A stretch of 32,000 bases of DNA from Candidatus Scalindua sp. (GTDB lineage Bacteria > Planctomycetota > Brocadiia > Brocadiales > Scalinduaceae). The stretch lies in assembly GCA_031316235.1 (NCBI GenBank), contig JALDRA010000001.1, forward strand, positions 720,001-752,000. The letters run 5' to 3'. Position 1 is the stretch's first letter. The number at the start of each line of letters is the position of its first letter. This document shows positions 7,754 to 16,308 of the stretch, piece by piece. The notes below the pieces were generated by a model. The model did not search any database. It saw only the letters and a list, made by a program, of their open reading frames with translations, and was not told the origin of the DNA. The translations under genes and the position numbers were made by a program.

Positions 7754-10678
7754 TCAAGGTATTGGACTCGTCATCTCCGGAGGTTTTACGAAAACTTCCG
7801 GCCATCTTCCAGATAATTCATAGTCACGTTCCCAACTTACCGGCCCGACAACCTTTATTCGATAGGTCCCGATGGTAGTGACATCGTAATTTAATATCCC
7901 TGTTTTGCAGCTGTTAAATTGGACAGAATCGACCATTACTCCGCCTGGGTCGTAAAGTTCCAGCACATTTGAATAATTACAGGATAACTGTCCTTTAACA
8001 TCGAGTGTGATTGTTCCGGTGCTTCCTACGTCTATCTTATACCAGTCTTCATTATTATCACATAACTTTGATTTATAACTCTTACCCGGGAGTAAAGGCC
8101 CGTAGGCCTGAACTGCAGTATCATTCGGTTCATACGAGTCATTATTACATTCTGCATTGTTCAATGTTTTGTACGTATAATCCACATAATTCCATGTACT
8201 GCTCTTAAACCACAACCTGACATACAGATCCTGTCCATTCAGGGGTATCCCTGATACAGTTGCTGATGTATTGAGATACTGGTTTCGGCTGTAAATATCT
8301 CCGTATGGGATACTTTCCAGTGAAGCCAGGCTTGTCCCGACTGAGAGCCAATGCTGGCTGACAGCGCTGCCGGCAATCCACTCAAATTTCACCGTAGTTG
8401 TCGCTATAGGATCCGTAAATCTTGATCCCGGTCTCGGACTCCTGATATAAGAATTCTCAGGGTACTCGAACTCGATCGCACCAATATCACAGGCAGCAGT
8501 TCCATCACCATTACCATCTACCGGACGGCTCTTGCCAAGTTGATCTTTTTCGGGACATGCAGGGTTATTCCCGGCATCTATTGCAGGGCTATCGGGTAGT
8601 AACGGAACATGCCCGTGCCCTGGTAACCCATCATCGATGAATTCCCGCAGACGCGGGTCACCGGTACTATCACTCTCAAGGAGGGTGATAGTGCAATTTC
8701 CGGGATCACCAATATCACCAATAATATTATTTCCGAGTGAAGTTATGGGGCCCTCACAATCACCAGGATCGCCCCCGGCGCTATTATCTGCAAGAATAGT
8801 GTTTTTCAGTTCAACGGTTCCCGCTACTTGAGGACCAACGGATGAATAGGGTATTTCATTAGAAATGGCAGACCCCTGTCCACGATTGTCAGAAATAGTA
8901 CTGTTGGTGATACTCACCGTACCCATGGAATTATTAATTCCAACGCCCCAATACGCCGAAACATTATGAGCGATTGTGCTGTTTTCAACACTCACGATTC
9001 CAGAGTTATCTATACCACCACCACTATCAGCATCATTAAGCGAAATAGTACTGTTCATTATGTTCATCAAACCACTCCAATTAGCAATTCCACCTCCAGT
9101 GATTGCATTATTATCAGTAATGGTGCTGTTGGTGATAGTCACAATATCACTACGTGAAACATCTTCTGAAACTGTGCTCATAAGCACATCCGGGCTGAAT
9201 TCAGGTCCTGTTCTGGCTATTTTTTCCCGATAGGCCTTAAACGTAAAACGAATGTCAAGATCGTGTATGATTTTCCTGTTCATACTCATCTCAGTGTTTT
9301 TCCCTTCTGTATCATTGATCTCGGTTCTGTTATTTGTTTCGGTATTGTCATTAAAAGTTCTGCTGAGTATACCTCCACCAGTACCAGCAAGACTATCAGC
9401 TCTGTTATTTTTTAAAATGCTGTTTGTGATAGTAATGGTGCCATCATAGTTAAGGATACCGCCGCCAAAGCCACTCTCTGCTGCTACGTTGTCAGAGACA
9501 GTGGTGTCAGTGATAGTAACTGAGCCACGATTGTTACATATACCGCCGCCAAAACCAGCACCACCATTATGTATTGTTGCTATGTTGTTAGTTATAGAAC
9601 CGTTTGTGATTATGACTGTACCTCCTGAATTATCTATACCACCACCAGAACCACGTAAACCATTAGTCACATTATTCCTTACACTGCTGTCTGTGATAGT
9701 AATGGTGCCGGTATTAGCGATGCCACCGCCATTATGTGCTTCGTTATGTAAGATACTGCTGTTTCTTATGGTAACCGTGCCAATGTTATATATTCCCCCG
9801 CCGTCAAAGGTTTCAATTTCATCATCAGGAACAACCCCATCCTTAATGGTTACACTGTCTATCTGCAAAACCCCTGTATCAGCAACATGAAAGATACGAA
9901 AGAGCGGTGCATCTCTATCCCGTTGGATGATTGTCGAATCGGTGCCAGTACCTTTAAGAGTGATACTACTCGTTACAGAGGGAAGGCCGTTAGGTCCATT
10001 GGTATCGTTGTCCTTTTTTGTCAGGGTATACGTACCGCCTTGCAGATAAATGGTATCGTCTTTATTGTTGCTGTTCGCAGTATTGATTGCATCGATAAGG
10101 GCAGCGGCATCTCCTGTTGGAACGGAAGTTCCAGGCATGACACCAGCATATGCATCGCTTATTCCCCATGCTCCATTTCTATCTCCACACTCAGGACAAA
10201 ACAGAGTATCGTATAACTCTATCAAAAAATTAACAAGTCCACCATCGATACCAATTACATTTAGAGGAATTGAAAAATTTAATTTTGACATACCTTCATT
10301 TATTGGGATTATACCAGTAACTGGACCATGGTAACTGGTGGAAATATTCCGCACATATAGAGAATCAGATAATCCAGAAAATGTACCTCCACCGTTATCT
10401 GTTTTAGAATATCCAGCATAATATTCCCTTCCCTTTGAATAGCTTGAAATTCCCGTATTTATATTCTGGTCAATGTCTAAGAATAGAGCAATAGCAAACC
10501 CGCCGACAGTGAGTGGATTATACAACACAGGAACAGATGAAGAATAATTTACACTAAATTTTAATTCCGTTGGGAAGTTTGATGTTTCGATATTGGTTAT
10601 GGTTAAGGAGTGAGCGGATACCGGTACAAAGAAAAAAAACAAAAACACAAGAAATGGCATACCCTTTTTAAATTTCAT
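7754..10678 (-). CDS. large secreted right-handed beta-helix protein (choice-of-anchor-Q-like) with C-terminal unnamed domain plus PPC domain
   Basis: Signal peptide. GTGAGG RBS. N-terminal DDTIYLQGGTYTLT..GLPSVTSSITLKGTG..TIIQR motif. Many GGGI.N.G..TI.NS.I..N repeats. C-terminal FEW..VRLWFK..DYTY and YEPNDTAVQAYG..DEDWYKIDV segments. Confidence 0.85.
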   Translation of the reverse strand: MKFKKGMPFLVFLFFFFVPVSAHSLTITNIETSNFPTELKFSVNYSSSVPVLYNPLTVGGFAIALFLDIDQNINTGISSYSKGREYYAGYSKTDNGGGTFSGLSDSLYVRNISTSYHGPVTGIIPINEGMSKLNFSIPLNVIGIDGGLVNFLIELYDTLFCPECGDRNGAWGISDAYAGVMPGTSVPTGDAAALIDAINTANSNNKDDTIYLQGGTYTLTKKDNDTNGPNGLPSVTSSITLKGTGTDSTIIQRDRDAPLFRIFHVADTGVLQIDSVTIKDGVVPDDEIETFDGGGIYNIGTVTIRNSSILHNEAHNGGGIANTGTITITDSSVRNNVTNGLRGSGGGIDNSGGTVIITNGSITNNIATIHNGGAGFGGGICNNRGSVTITDTTVSDNVAAESGFGGGILNYDGTITITNSILKNNRADSLAGTGGGILSRTFNDNTETNNRTEINDTEGKNTEMSMNRKIIHDLDIRFTFKAYREKIARTGPEFSPDVLMSTVSEDVSRSDIVTITNSTITDNNAITGGGIANWSGLMNIMNSTISLNDADSGGGIDNSGIVSVENSTIAHNVSAYWGVGINNSMGTVSITNSTISDNRGQGSAISNEIPYSSVGPQVAGTVELKNTILADNSAGGDPGDCEGPITSLGNNIIGDIGDPGNCTITLLESDSTGDPRLREFIDDGLPGHGHVPLLPDSPAIDAGNNPACPEKDQLGKSRPVDGNGDGTAACDIGAIEFEYPENSYIRSPRPGSRFTDPIATTTVKFEWIAGSAVSQHWLSVGTSLASLESIPYGDIYSRNQYLNTSATVSGIPLNGQDLYVRLWFKSSTWNYVDYTYKTLNNAECNNDSYEPNDTAVQAYGPLLPGKSYKSKLCDNNEDWYKIDVGSTGTITLDVKGQLSCNYSNVLELYDPGGVMVDSVQFNSCKTGILNYDVTTIGTYRIKVVGPVSWERDYELSGRWPEVFVKPPEMTSPIP

Positions 10679-10720
10679 AACACAACCTCACTTGATCGAA
10701 ATGAAATAAATAGAAATGAA

Positions 10721-10833
10721 TATACTCATCTCATACTGGATTTCGGATAAAATCCGAGATAAAATTGAGCGAGTATAACTGCAACCAAGATTTGGTTTCC
10801 GGTAAAACCGAAAACCAAATCGGTTTTAGTATA
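10721..10833 (+). repeat. family A repeat, copy 2 (short form, 113 bp)
   Basis: Full-length alignment to the consensus, lacking the 27-nt module. The left terminus is 42 nt upstream of the start codon at 10678, in divergent orientation. Confidence 0.9.
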
Positions 10834-10941
10834 AATTAACATTATCACATTCGTCAATATGACAATGTATGACAAGGAGTGTTATTCTGCATGTATTTTA
10901 CTGATTTCCTTTCCATCGTCTTCGGTTTCATAGTTTACCGT

Positions 10942-10971
10942 ATTGACATTTGCAAGACTGATGGTGTATAA
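10942..10971 (+). promoter_or_regulatory. candidate sigma70-type promoter (TTGACA-18 nt-TATAAT)
   Basis: TTGACA at 10942-10947 and TATAAT at 10966-10971. It lies about 200 nt upstream of the 11171 start, implying a long leader. Confidence 0.4.
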
Positions 10972-11170
10972 TTCTGCCTTTGCTGCAATCCGTTAAGGGC
11001 GTATCAAGTAGCAGTTATTATAATTAAGGTACACACTGAAATGGTCTTTGACGACAATGGCAGGAACAGGTGCAAACATCCTTTGTAAGAGGGAAAATTT
11101 TTTTCAGCATGGGTAGCACGAATATTTATTTAATAGCATTGCACACTTAGTATGAACGGAGGTTGATGTT

Positions 11171-12184
11171 TTGTTGACAGAAATACGATCTATTCACTTA
11201 GTCATAATTCTCTTTTCTCTCTATACTTCCATCATCTGCCTGCCTCTATACGCTCATCATGGTGGCGTATCTACAGCATTTGGTCCGGGATCTCCTATTG
11301 AAACAGCATCTCCAATGACTCTGGGTATGAGAAAATTTCTGTTATATGAAAGGATAGAGTATGTTTCGTTCAGGGACAGGAATAATGCTGAGCCTGAAAA
11401 CATTGATAATTTTGTTTTTTTTAACACCCTGGCAGGTTATGGCCTTACCGATGCATTGTCACTGTATATGACCTTGCCGGTAGTTGTTAAAGAACAGGAC
11501 AGTTTAGGCCGGTCCAGCGGATTTGGTGATCTCGAATTTATTGCCCAATACGGTTTTAAGTATGGTGAAAAAGATGGAATTCGAGGACTCTATCGTAACG
11601 GCCCGAGTGACACTGAAGGCGCCCCTTACACTATGGATGACCTGAAAATGTCGTTTACGGGTAGTGGTTCCCTGCCCATAGGGACCACTTCAAATACCGA
11701 TGATTTTGGTAATCGCTTTGATCTTGGCTTGCAGCCGGGTTTTGGAGCCCCGTCATTCTCTTTCGGTTTTTCAGCCTCCAAGCTGGTATTTCCTCATTTT
11801 ACTTTGACAACGGATACCTCATTTAAAACGTTTCTGAAATATAGAGATAATAAGGCCGGTAATGAAATACGTTTTAATCTGGCGGGAGGATTCGAGGTTT
11901 ATGAAAATCAAGACAGTTTTCTTTCAAGACTTGATATTATTACCGAGGCAAATGTGTTGCATCTGACAAAAGACCAGGCAGAAAACAATAAAACAGACCA
12001 CGACAGTGGCGGGACTATTCTCTACCTGTCTCCGGGTTTCCGGATGTCACTTGGCCAGCGTATGAGTATCGGGACCCTGATCAAGTTTCCGGTCTGGCAG
12101 AGTTTAAATAATGAATCTGCCCAACAGGGCTCAGAAGGTCTGGAAAATTACAGAGCAGTGCTTACTTTCACCGTTTCTTTTTAA
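11171..12184 (+). CDS. outer-membrane beta-barrel protein (MetA-pathway/transporter PF13557-like)
   Basis: TTG start 8 nt after GGAGG. Signal peptide ending ..LYAHHGG. Alternating beta-strand pattern. C-terminal ..LTFTVSF aromatic terminus. Confidence 0.65.
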   Translation: MLTEIRSIHLVIILFSLYTSIICLPLYAHHGGVSTAFGPGSPIETASPMTLGMRKFLLYERIEYVSFRDRNNAEPENIDNFVFFNTLAGYGLTDALSLYMTLPVVVKEQDSLGRSSGFGDLEFIAQYGFKYGEKDGIRGLYRNGPSDTEGAPYTMDDLKMSFTGSGSLPIGTTSNTDDFGNRFDLGLQPGFGAPSFSFGFSASKLVFPHFTLTTDTSFKTFLKYRDNKAGNEIRFNLAGGFEVYENQDSFLSRLDIITEANVLHLTKDQAENNKTDHDSGGTILYLSPGFRMSLGQRMSIGTLIKFPVWQSLNNESAQQGSEGLENYRAVLTFTVSF

Positions 12185-12196
12185 CTAGGAGATTTT

Positions 12197-12757
12197 ATGA
12201 AGAAGAATAATTTCACATACAAAATGGCTATATGCTTTTCATTGTTTTGCTGTTGTGAGTTGAACAACACTGTCCTAGCTCATGAAGGACACGATCACCC
12301 TCACAACACTGAGCAGATAACGATCGGCAGATCAACGTACACTCACTTTAAATCAATTTTATCAGTATACCACGAGGTATTTGATGACGTATCCAGCGGA
12401 CAACTGAACCATGTTCCGGTATCAGCACAGATGCTTATCAATACTGCCAAAAAAGGAATTGAAACAGAATCCAGAAACCCGGGCCTTCACATGATGCAAT
12501 GCATTCTTGAAGGTGCACAAAAATTACAACGGGCTGAATGTTTGCAGGATGCACAAAATGCATTTGCTTTGATCAGTGATGCCATTTCTCCATTTTTACA
12601 ATCCTGGCCTAACCTCTTAAAAAACAATAAAATAAACCTCTTTGAGTGTAAGGCCCATGGTCATTACTGGCTGCAGCCTCACGATGCTTCACCAGTGTGT
12701 CCCTATGCATATGGCGTAACAACTAAATGCTCAATTGTCACCATTGATATTCACTAG
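12197..12757 (+). CDS. secreted DUF3347-like metal-binding protein
   Basis: AGGAG RBS, 12 nt after the upstream stop, so probably an operon. Signal peptide. His-rich HEGHDHPH. C-terminal CKAHGHYWLQ...CPYAYG..KC resembles the DUF3347 end motif. Confidence 0.65.
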   Translation: MKKNNFTYKMAICFSLFCCCELNNTVLAHEGHDHPHNTEQITIGRSTYTHFKSILSVYHEVFDDVSSGQLNHVPVSAQMLINTAKKGIETESRNPGLHMMQCILEGAQKLQRAECLQDAQNAFALISDAISPFLQSWPNLLKNNKINLFECKAHGHYWLQPHDASPVCPYAYGVTTKCSIVTIDIH

Positions 12758-12806
12758 GATTATATACTAAAACCGATTTGGTTTTAGTATATAATCCTAG
12801 CTTTTT
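12754..12806 (+). terminator. intrinsic-terminator-like hairpin built from the family A right terminus
   Basis: Perfect 21-bp stem CTAGGATTATATACTAAAACC / GGTTTTAGTATATAATCCTAG with loop GATTT, followed by CTTTTTG. The stop codon TAG (12755-12757) lies in the stem. Confidence 0.6.
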
Positions 12807-12847
12807 GACTCAGTGACTCAGTTGTGACCTCACATAGTCCAGAATAT

Positions 12848-13231
12848 TTATGTTTCACTCAAGGTCTTAGTTACAATTTCCAAGGCCAATTTGCAATCAA
12901 AGACCAGGCGACCCTCGATACGGGGTTTCTCAGATTTTCCGTTAAGCGCGTTTTGTGCACACAGCAGCGCCTCATTTGACTGTTGAAGGTTTTCAGAGCG
13001 TCGCATTAAGTGGATGTGCATCTTCCACCTGAACCATCGTCTTTCATCGCAACTGCTGAACAAATTGTCTACAACAAAATAGATAAGTTTACCTTCTCCT
13101 AAGAGCTCCTGCTTTCCTTGTTCAAATACATTCAAGGAGGCGGTGCTTATGTCAATCACCACAGCTACTTCTCTTCCCTGTACAAAGAAATCACCTGTGG
13201 TGGTATCCCACAAGGTACTATTCATAGTCAT
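12848..13231 (-). CDS. hypothetical protein (127 aa from the ATG at 13231)
   Basis: AAGGAG 9 nt upstream of the internal ATG (MTMNSTLWD...). The track's TTG start at 13282 has no RBS. No family recognised. Confidence 0.4.
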   Translation of the reverse strand: MTMNSTLWDTTTGDFFVQGREVAVVIDISTASLNVFEQGKQELLGEGKLIYFVVDNLFSSCDERRWFRWKMHIHLMRRSENLQQSNEALLCAQNALNGKSEKPRIEGRLVFDCKLALEIVTKTLSET

Positions 13232-13414
13232 AGAATTATACTCCTTTTTAAATTGGAGTTTTGCCTTTAACGTATTGGTCAATACCTGTGCTGCCTAAGG
13301 CGAAAGGAGCCATAGGCTGTTAAGTTGATAATAGTGAGAATGTTTAGCTTCGCCATGACGGGCGCAACAACAGAATTGAAAATAGTGTTTAAGAACAGTT
13401 TACCAGGCAGTTCA

Positions 13415-13537
13415 TCATCCTTCATTCACGAGTACAATACGGTAACCGGGTTTTCCATGACGTAGTTTTTCCAAAGCTTCATTGACTTGTGTAAGCAGGT
13501 ATAATTCAACGACTGGCTCAATATGATGACGATCAGC
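13415..13537 (-). pseudogene. C-terminal remnant of a zinc-type (MDR) alcohol dehydrogenase/oxidoreductase
   Basis: Hand translation gives ADRHHIEPVVELYLLTQVNEALEKLRHGKPGYRIVLVNEG*. This matches the typical MDR C-terminus (..A...L..G...GR.VL). No upstream ORF of any length is in frame. Confidence 0.5.
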
Positions 13538-13538
13538 C

Positions 13539-14039
13539 TTACTTTTTACTCTTTTCTTCTAAATATTTATCGTATAGAATGAGAGCATTTTTTTTATAGA
13601 GATCCTTGTTCTCCCTGTTGATCATGGTAATGTACCCATCTGCCAGTCCGAGTGTATACCCCTTTTTAAAACCTTCCAGGACCATAAAAGTTTGTAATGC
13701 CATATCTTCGTCACTCGCAGTATATTTATATTTTTTACTCTGTTTTAAAAAAGTGTCGGAGCCGGGGAAACAATAAAAATCGCTCTTTTTTTCTAAATCC
13801 TCCAACACCTCTCCGGCCAGTTCCTTATATCCTACTGCGTGAAGCAGAGAGCATAATCCCAGGGCATATCCATATTTTTCCAGAATATTCTTTACAAATA
13901 TATCGTTAGCGATATTCCTTGGAGTAAGGCTGCCCTCAACCTTTTCTTTTATATATTCATCAAGAAAAACACTTTTTTCTTCTGCCAAGACCAAAGAGGG
14001 GCATAGTAGTAGAAACATAATTATAATGAGTTTTCTCAT
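13539..14039 (-). CDS. secreted hypothetical protein (166 aa)
   Basis: GAAGGAAGAG upstream of the ATG. Signal peptide MRKLIIIMFLLLCPSLVLA. Confidence 0.6.
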   Translation of the reverse strand: MRKLIIIMFLLLCPSLVLAEEKSVFLDEYIKEKVEGSLTPRNIANDIFVKNILEKYGYALGLCSLLHAVGYKELAGEVLEDLEKKSDFYCFPGSDTFLKQSKKYKYTASDEDMALQTFMVLEGFKKGYTLGLADGYITMINRENKDLYKKNALILYDKYLEEKSKK

Positions 14040-14074
14040 ATCTCTTCCTTCAATAAAGTTCTTACCTGGATATA

Positions 14075-14214
14075 TATACTCATCTTATAATGGTTTTTCG
14101 GATAAAATCCGAGATAAAATTGAACGAGTAAAGTCCTCGGCGCTTTTTGTCCGGGGATACCTTCACCAGGATCTGGTTTCCGGTAAAACCGAAAACCAAA
14201 ACGGTTTTAGTATA
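14075..14214 (+). repeat. family A repeat, copy 3 (long form, 140 bp)
   Basis: Full alignment including the 27-nt module. It fills 140 of the 179 nt between the stop at 14219 and the start at 14039. Confidence 0.9.
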
Positions 14215-14218
14215 TTTG

Positions 14219-15895
14219 CTATTCAGTCGTAGCACCGCCTTTTTCTAAAAGACCCAGAACTTCTTCAAAAGGCATCTCAGGAAGAAAAGGGAATGCCGGG
14301 TTTTCAATGTCAGTGATTTTCAGCAAACCAACCAGACTGTTAAGACTATGACAAACCGCATCGGTACGTATCGACTTCTCTGCAAAGATTCGAATCACAC
14401 CACCATCAGCCATTTCTGGATTTTTAATATCAAAACTGTTTGCAGGTGTATACACATTCTGCATCAACCAGCGGCTGGAATGAATTATAAAATGACGATA
14501 AGAACGGCAACCAGCCATTTTTTCCTCTTTACAAAAAGAATACAACTCCGTCATTACTTCGTTCACCCAGCCATTACCGCTTGATGTAATATTGTCCATT
14601 AAACGACCATCATTAAAAGCATCCCAAGGTGCCTGAATTTGACGATTAACTAATTCTGTGGCACACTGCGTAATAGTTTCCCGATAAATGGGTTCAGCAT
14701 TAATTTTCGCATAATCCACCAATGACATTACCACCCAGCTTGTTGTTACTGAGTTTGGTTCACGGTATTCGTCACCTATAAAAGCACTTTTTTTCTTAAC
14801 ATACTGAAGCATTCGCTGAGCAATGTTTGTCGCTGCATGGTAATAGGCTTTATCACCTGTTACGGCATAAAGACGGGATAGTGCCGATAATATCTGACCC
14901 GAGTATAAAAAAGACTGTTTTGTTATCCGCAGCAATTTACCATTAACATGAGCCACCACTGGCGTAACATGACCGCTGGCATCTACTTTCGTCATAAGCC
15001 AATTACCTGCCTGCTTTGCCGCATTCAAATATTTTTCATCCCGTACGCGTTCATAGAGCATTAATAACGTGAAAATAGTTTTAGAGGCTGTTCCCACCAC
15101 AAAACGCCCATCTTTCTTTCCTCTGGTCTTGTCATAAGAATAATGAAAAGCACCTGCATTTTCACCCTGGCTTTCCTGCATCATTAATAAAAATTGTGTT
15201 ATGGGTTTAATTTCTTTTTCAATATCCGGATCATGAGACACACTCTGCACTTTAAGCAGGGTATACAAACTAGATGCAGTATAAATTGTTCTTAATTTTA
15301 TGCCACGTTGATCAGAAGCTGCATCATATTTTTTAAAAAACGCATGAGTGTCAGAATCCATTATACGTAAAAGATAGGCTTTTTCGGATTGAATACGTTC
15401 TTTTAATAATGCCATGTCCATTTGGCGTACAGGGATAATATTACCGATCAGTTCGTAAGTTTTGTCACCATGGTTCACCATGCTGTATTGGCGCGAATCC
15501 GGCGGATAATAAAATGTTATTTTAAAACGAGCTTTTTCAAGTTGTTTTGAATCAAGATTCGCTTTTTTTACCGCGGCTACTGAAGCCTGTTGCAGTGTCT
15601 CACACAGAGAAGGATGATTGGCGTTAGCCGACCCCACCGCAACTCCATCTACATAAACAGAGACCTTAACTGACCAGCGAATCCAATAAGGTGCCGGGCC
15701 ACCACCATTAAACCAATGTTTATCCATATTTGCATCCGTATTGGTACCAGTGGCTGATTGTTGTACAAACTGCATCACATCCAGACGGAAAGCGTCATTT
15801 TGCTGAATACTTATGGTTGGTAACGTACAGGCAAAGGCAGTGACATCTGATAAGCAAGCCAAAAAAACTAAAATAATAATCTTTTTTTTAACCAT
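14219..15895 (-). CDS. secreted hypothetical protein, possibly an alpha/alpha-toroid fold (558 aa)
   Basis: Long ORF with a signal peptide. Helical-repeat-like segments (KYLNAAKQAGNWLM, KAYYHAATNIAQRML). The family assignment is uncertain. Confidence 0.65.
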   Translation of the reverse strand: MVKKKIIILVFLACLSDVTAFACTLPTISIQQNDAFRLDVMQFVQQSATGTNTDANMDKHWFNGGGPAPYWIRWSVKVSVYVDGVAVGSANANHPSLCETLQQASVAAVKKANLDSKQLEKARFKITFYYPPDSRQYSMVNHGDKTYELIGNIIPVRQMDMALLKERIQSEKAYLLRIMDSDTHAFFKKYDAASDQRGIKLRTIYTASSLYTLLKVQSVSHDPDIEKEIKPITQFLLMMQESQGENAGAFHYSYDKTRGKKDGRFVVGTASKTIFTLLMLYERVRDEKYLNAAKQAGNWLMTKVDASGHVTPVVAHVNGKLLRITKQSFLYSGQILSALSRLYAVTGDKAYYHAATNIAQRMLQYVKKKSAFIGDEYREPNSVTTSWVVMSLVDYAKINAEPIYRETITQCATELVNRQIQAPWDAFNDGRLMDNITSSGNGWVNEVMTELYSFCKEEKMAGCRSYRHFIIHSSRWLMQNVYTPANSFDIKNPEMADGGVIRIFAEKSIRTDAVCHSLNSLVGLLKITDIENPAFPFLPEMPFEEVLGLLEKGGATTE

Positions 15896-16183
15896 TGCTC
15901 CGCAACAATCTGAGGTGGACTGATTTTCTATAATTCAGATACTTCATTCACTAATGGAATAAAACCCTGAATTTCTAAAAGCAACACATACCCTAAAATT
16001 ACAGGGTGACGGGTAACAAAGAGGTTATTGTATAAAATAAAAAATCTTACACACCGAATGTAGCAAAATTACCTATAAAAAACAATGGCAATCAAAGACG
16101 ACGAACCAAATTGCATTTTTTTATCCTATAGGAACTTCGGGAACTTTAATTCCAGACAAAACGGTATTGAAATGAACAGATAT

Positions 16184-16213
16184 TATTGGCAGGCAATGCC
16201 TGTCCTACTCGAC
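16184..16213. repeat. family C half-unit
   Basis: TATTGGCAGGCAATGCCTGTCCTACTCGACT matches 7365-7394 with one mismatch. Confidence 0.5.
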
Positions 16214-16308
16214 TCATTTCCTGGTTTCCTTGGCATAAGCAAGTATAGAGCAAAATAGAGTAAGATCTTCAATGCTTAAATGCAAGCACTGCCCCCTTCG
16301 CTGCTGAC

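Noticed and set aside
7754-7756. TGA reassigned (alternative genetic code) as the explanation for the in-frame stop
   Set aside because: TGA terminates the catalase at its expected C-terminus (28820-28822), the zinc-ribbon ORF, and the paralogous protease tail. TGA is therefore a genuine stop in this genome.
8011-10334. Plus-strand ORFs of 63-133 aa inside the beta-helix gene (e.g. 9489-9890, 8976-9233, 9887-10216)
   Set aside because: They are antisense to a well-supported 974-aa gene. Their low-complexity proline/serine-rich translations mirror the GGG/asparagine repeat codons of the sense strand. They have no RBS.
14075-14214. A conserved peptide encoded by family A (..SDKIRDKIERVKS.ALFVRGYLHQDLVSGKTENQ.GFSI..); the frame is open in most copies, and the 27-nt and 30-nt indels are both multiples of three
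   Set aside because: There is no start codon or RBS inside the element. The frame upstream of SDK differs between copies (an extra T in the copy at 14075). The copy at 10721 has an in-frame TAA after ERV. The track ORFs exist only by read-through from flanking DNA. The in-frame indels are most simply a coincidence of whole hairpin modules.
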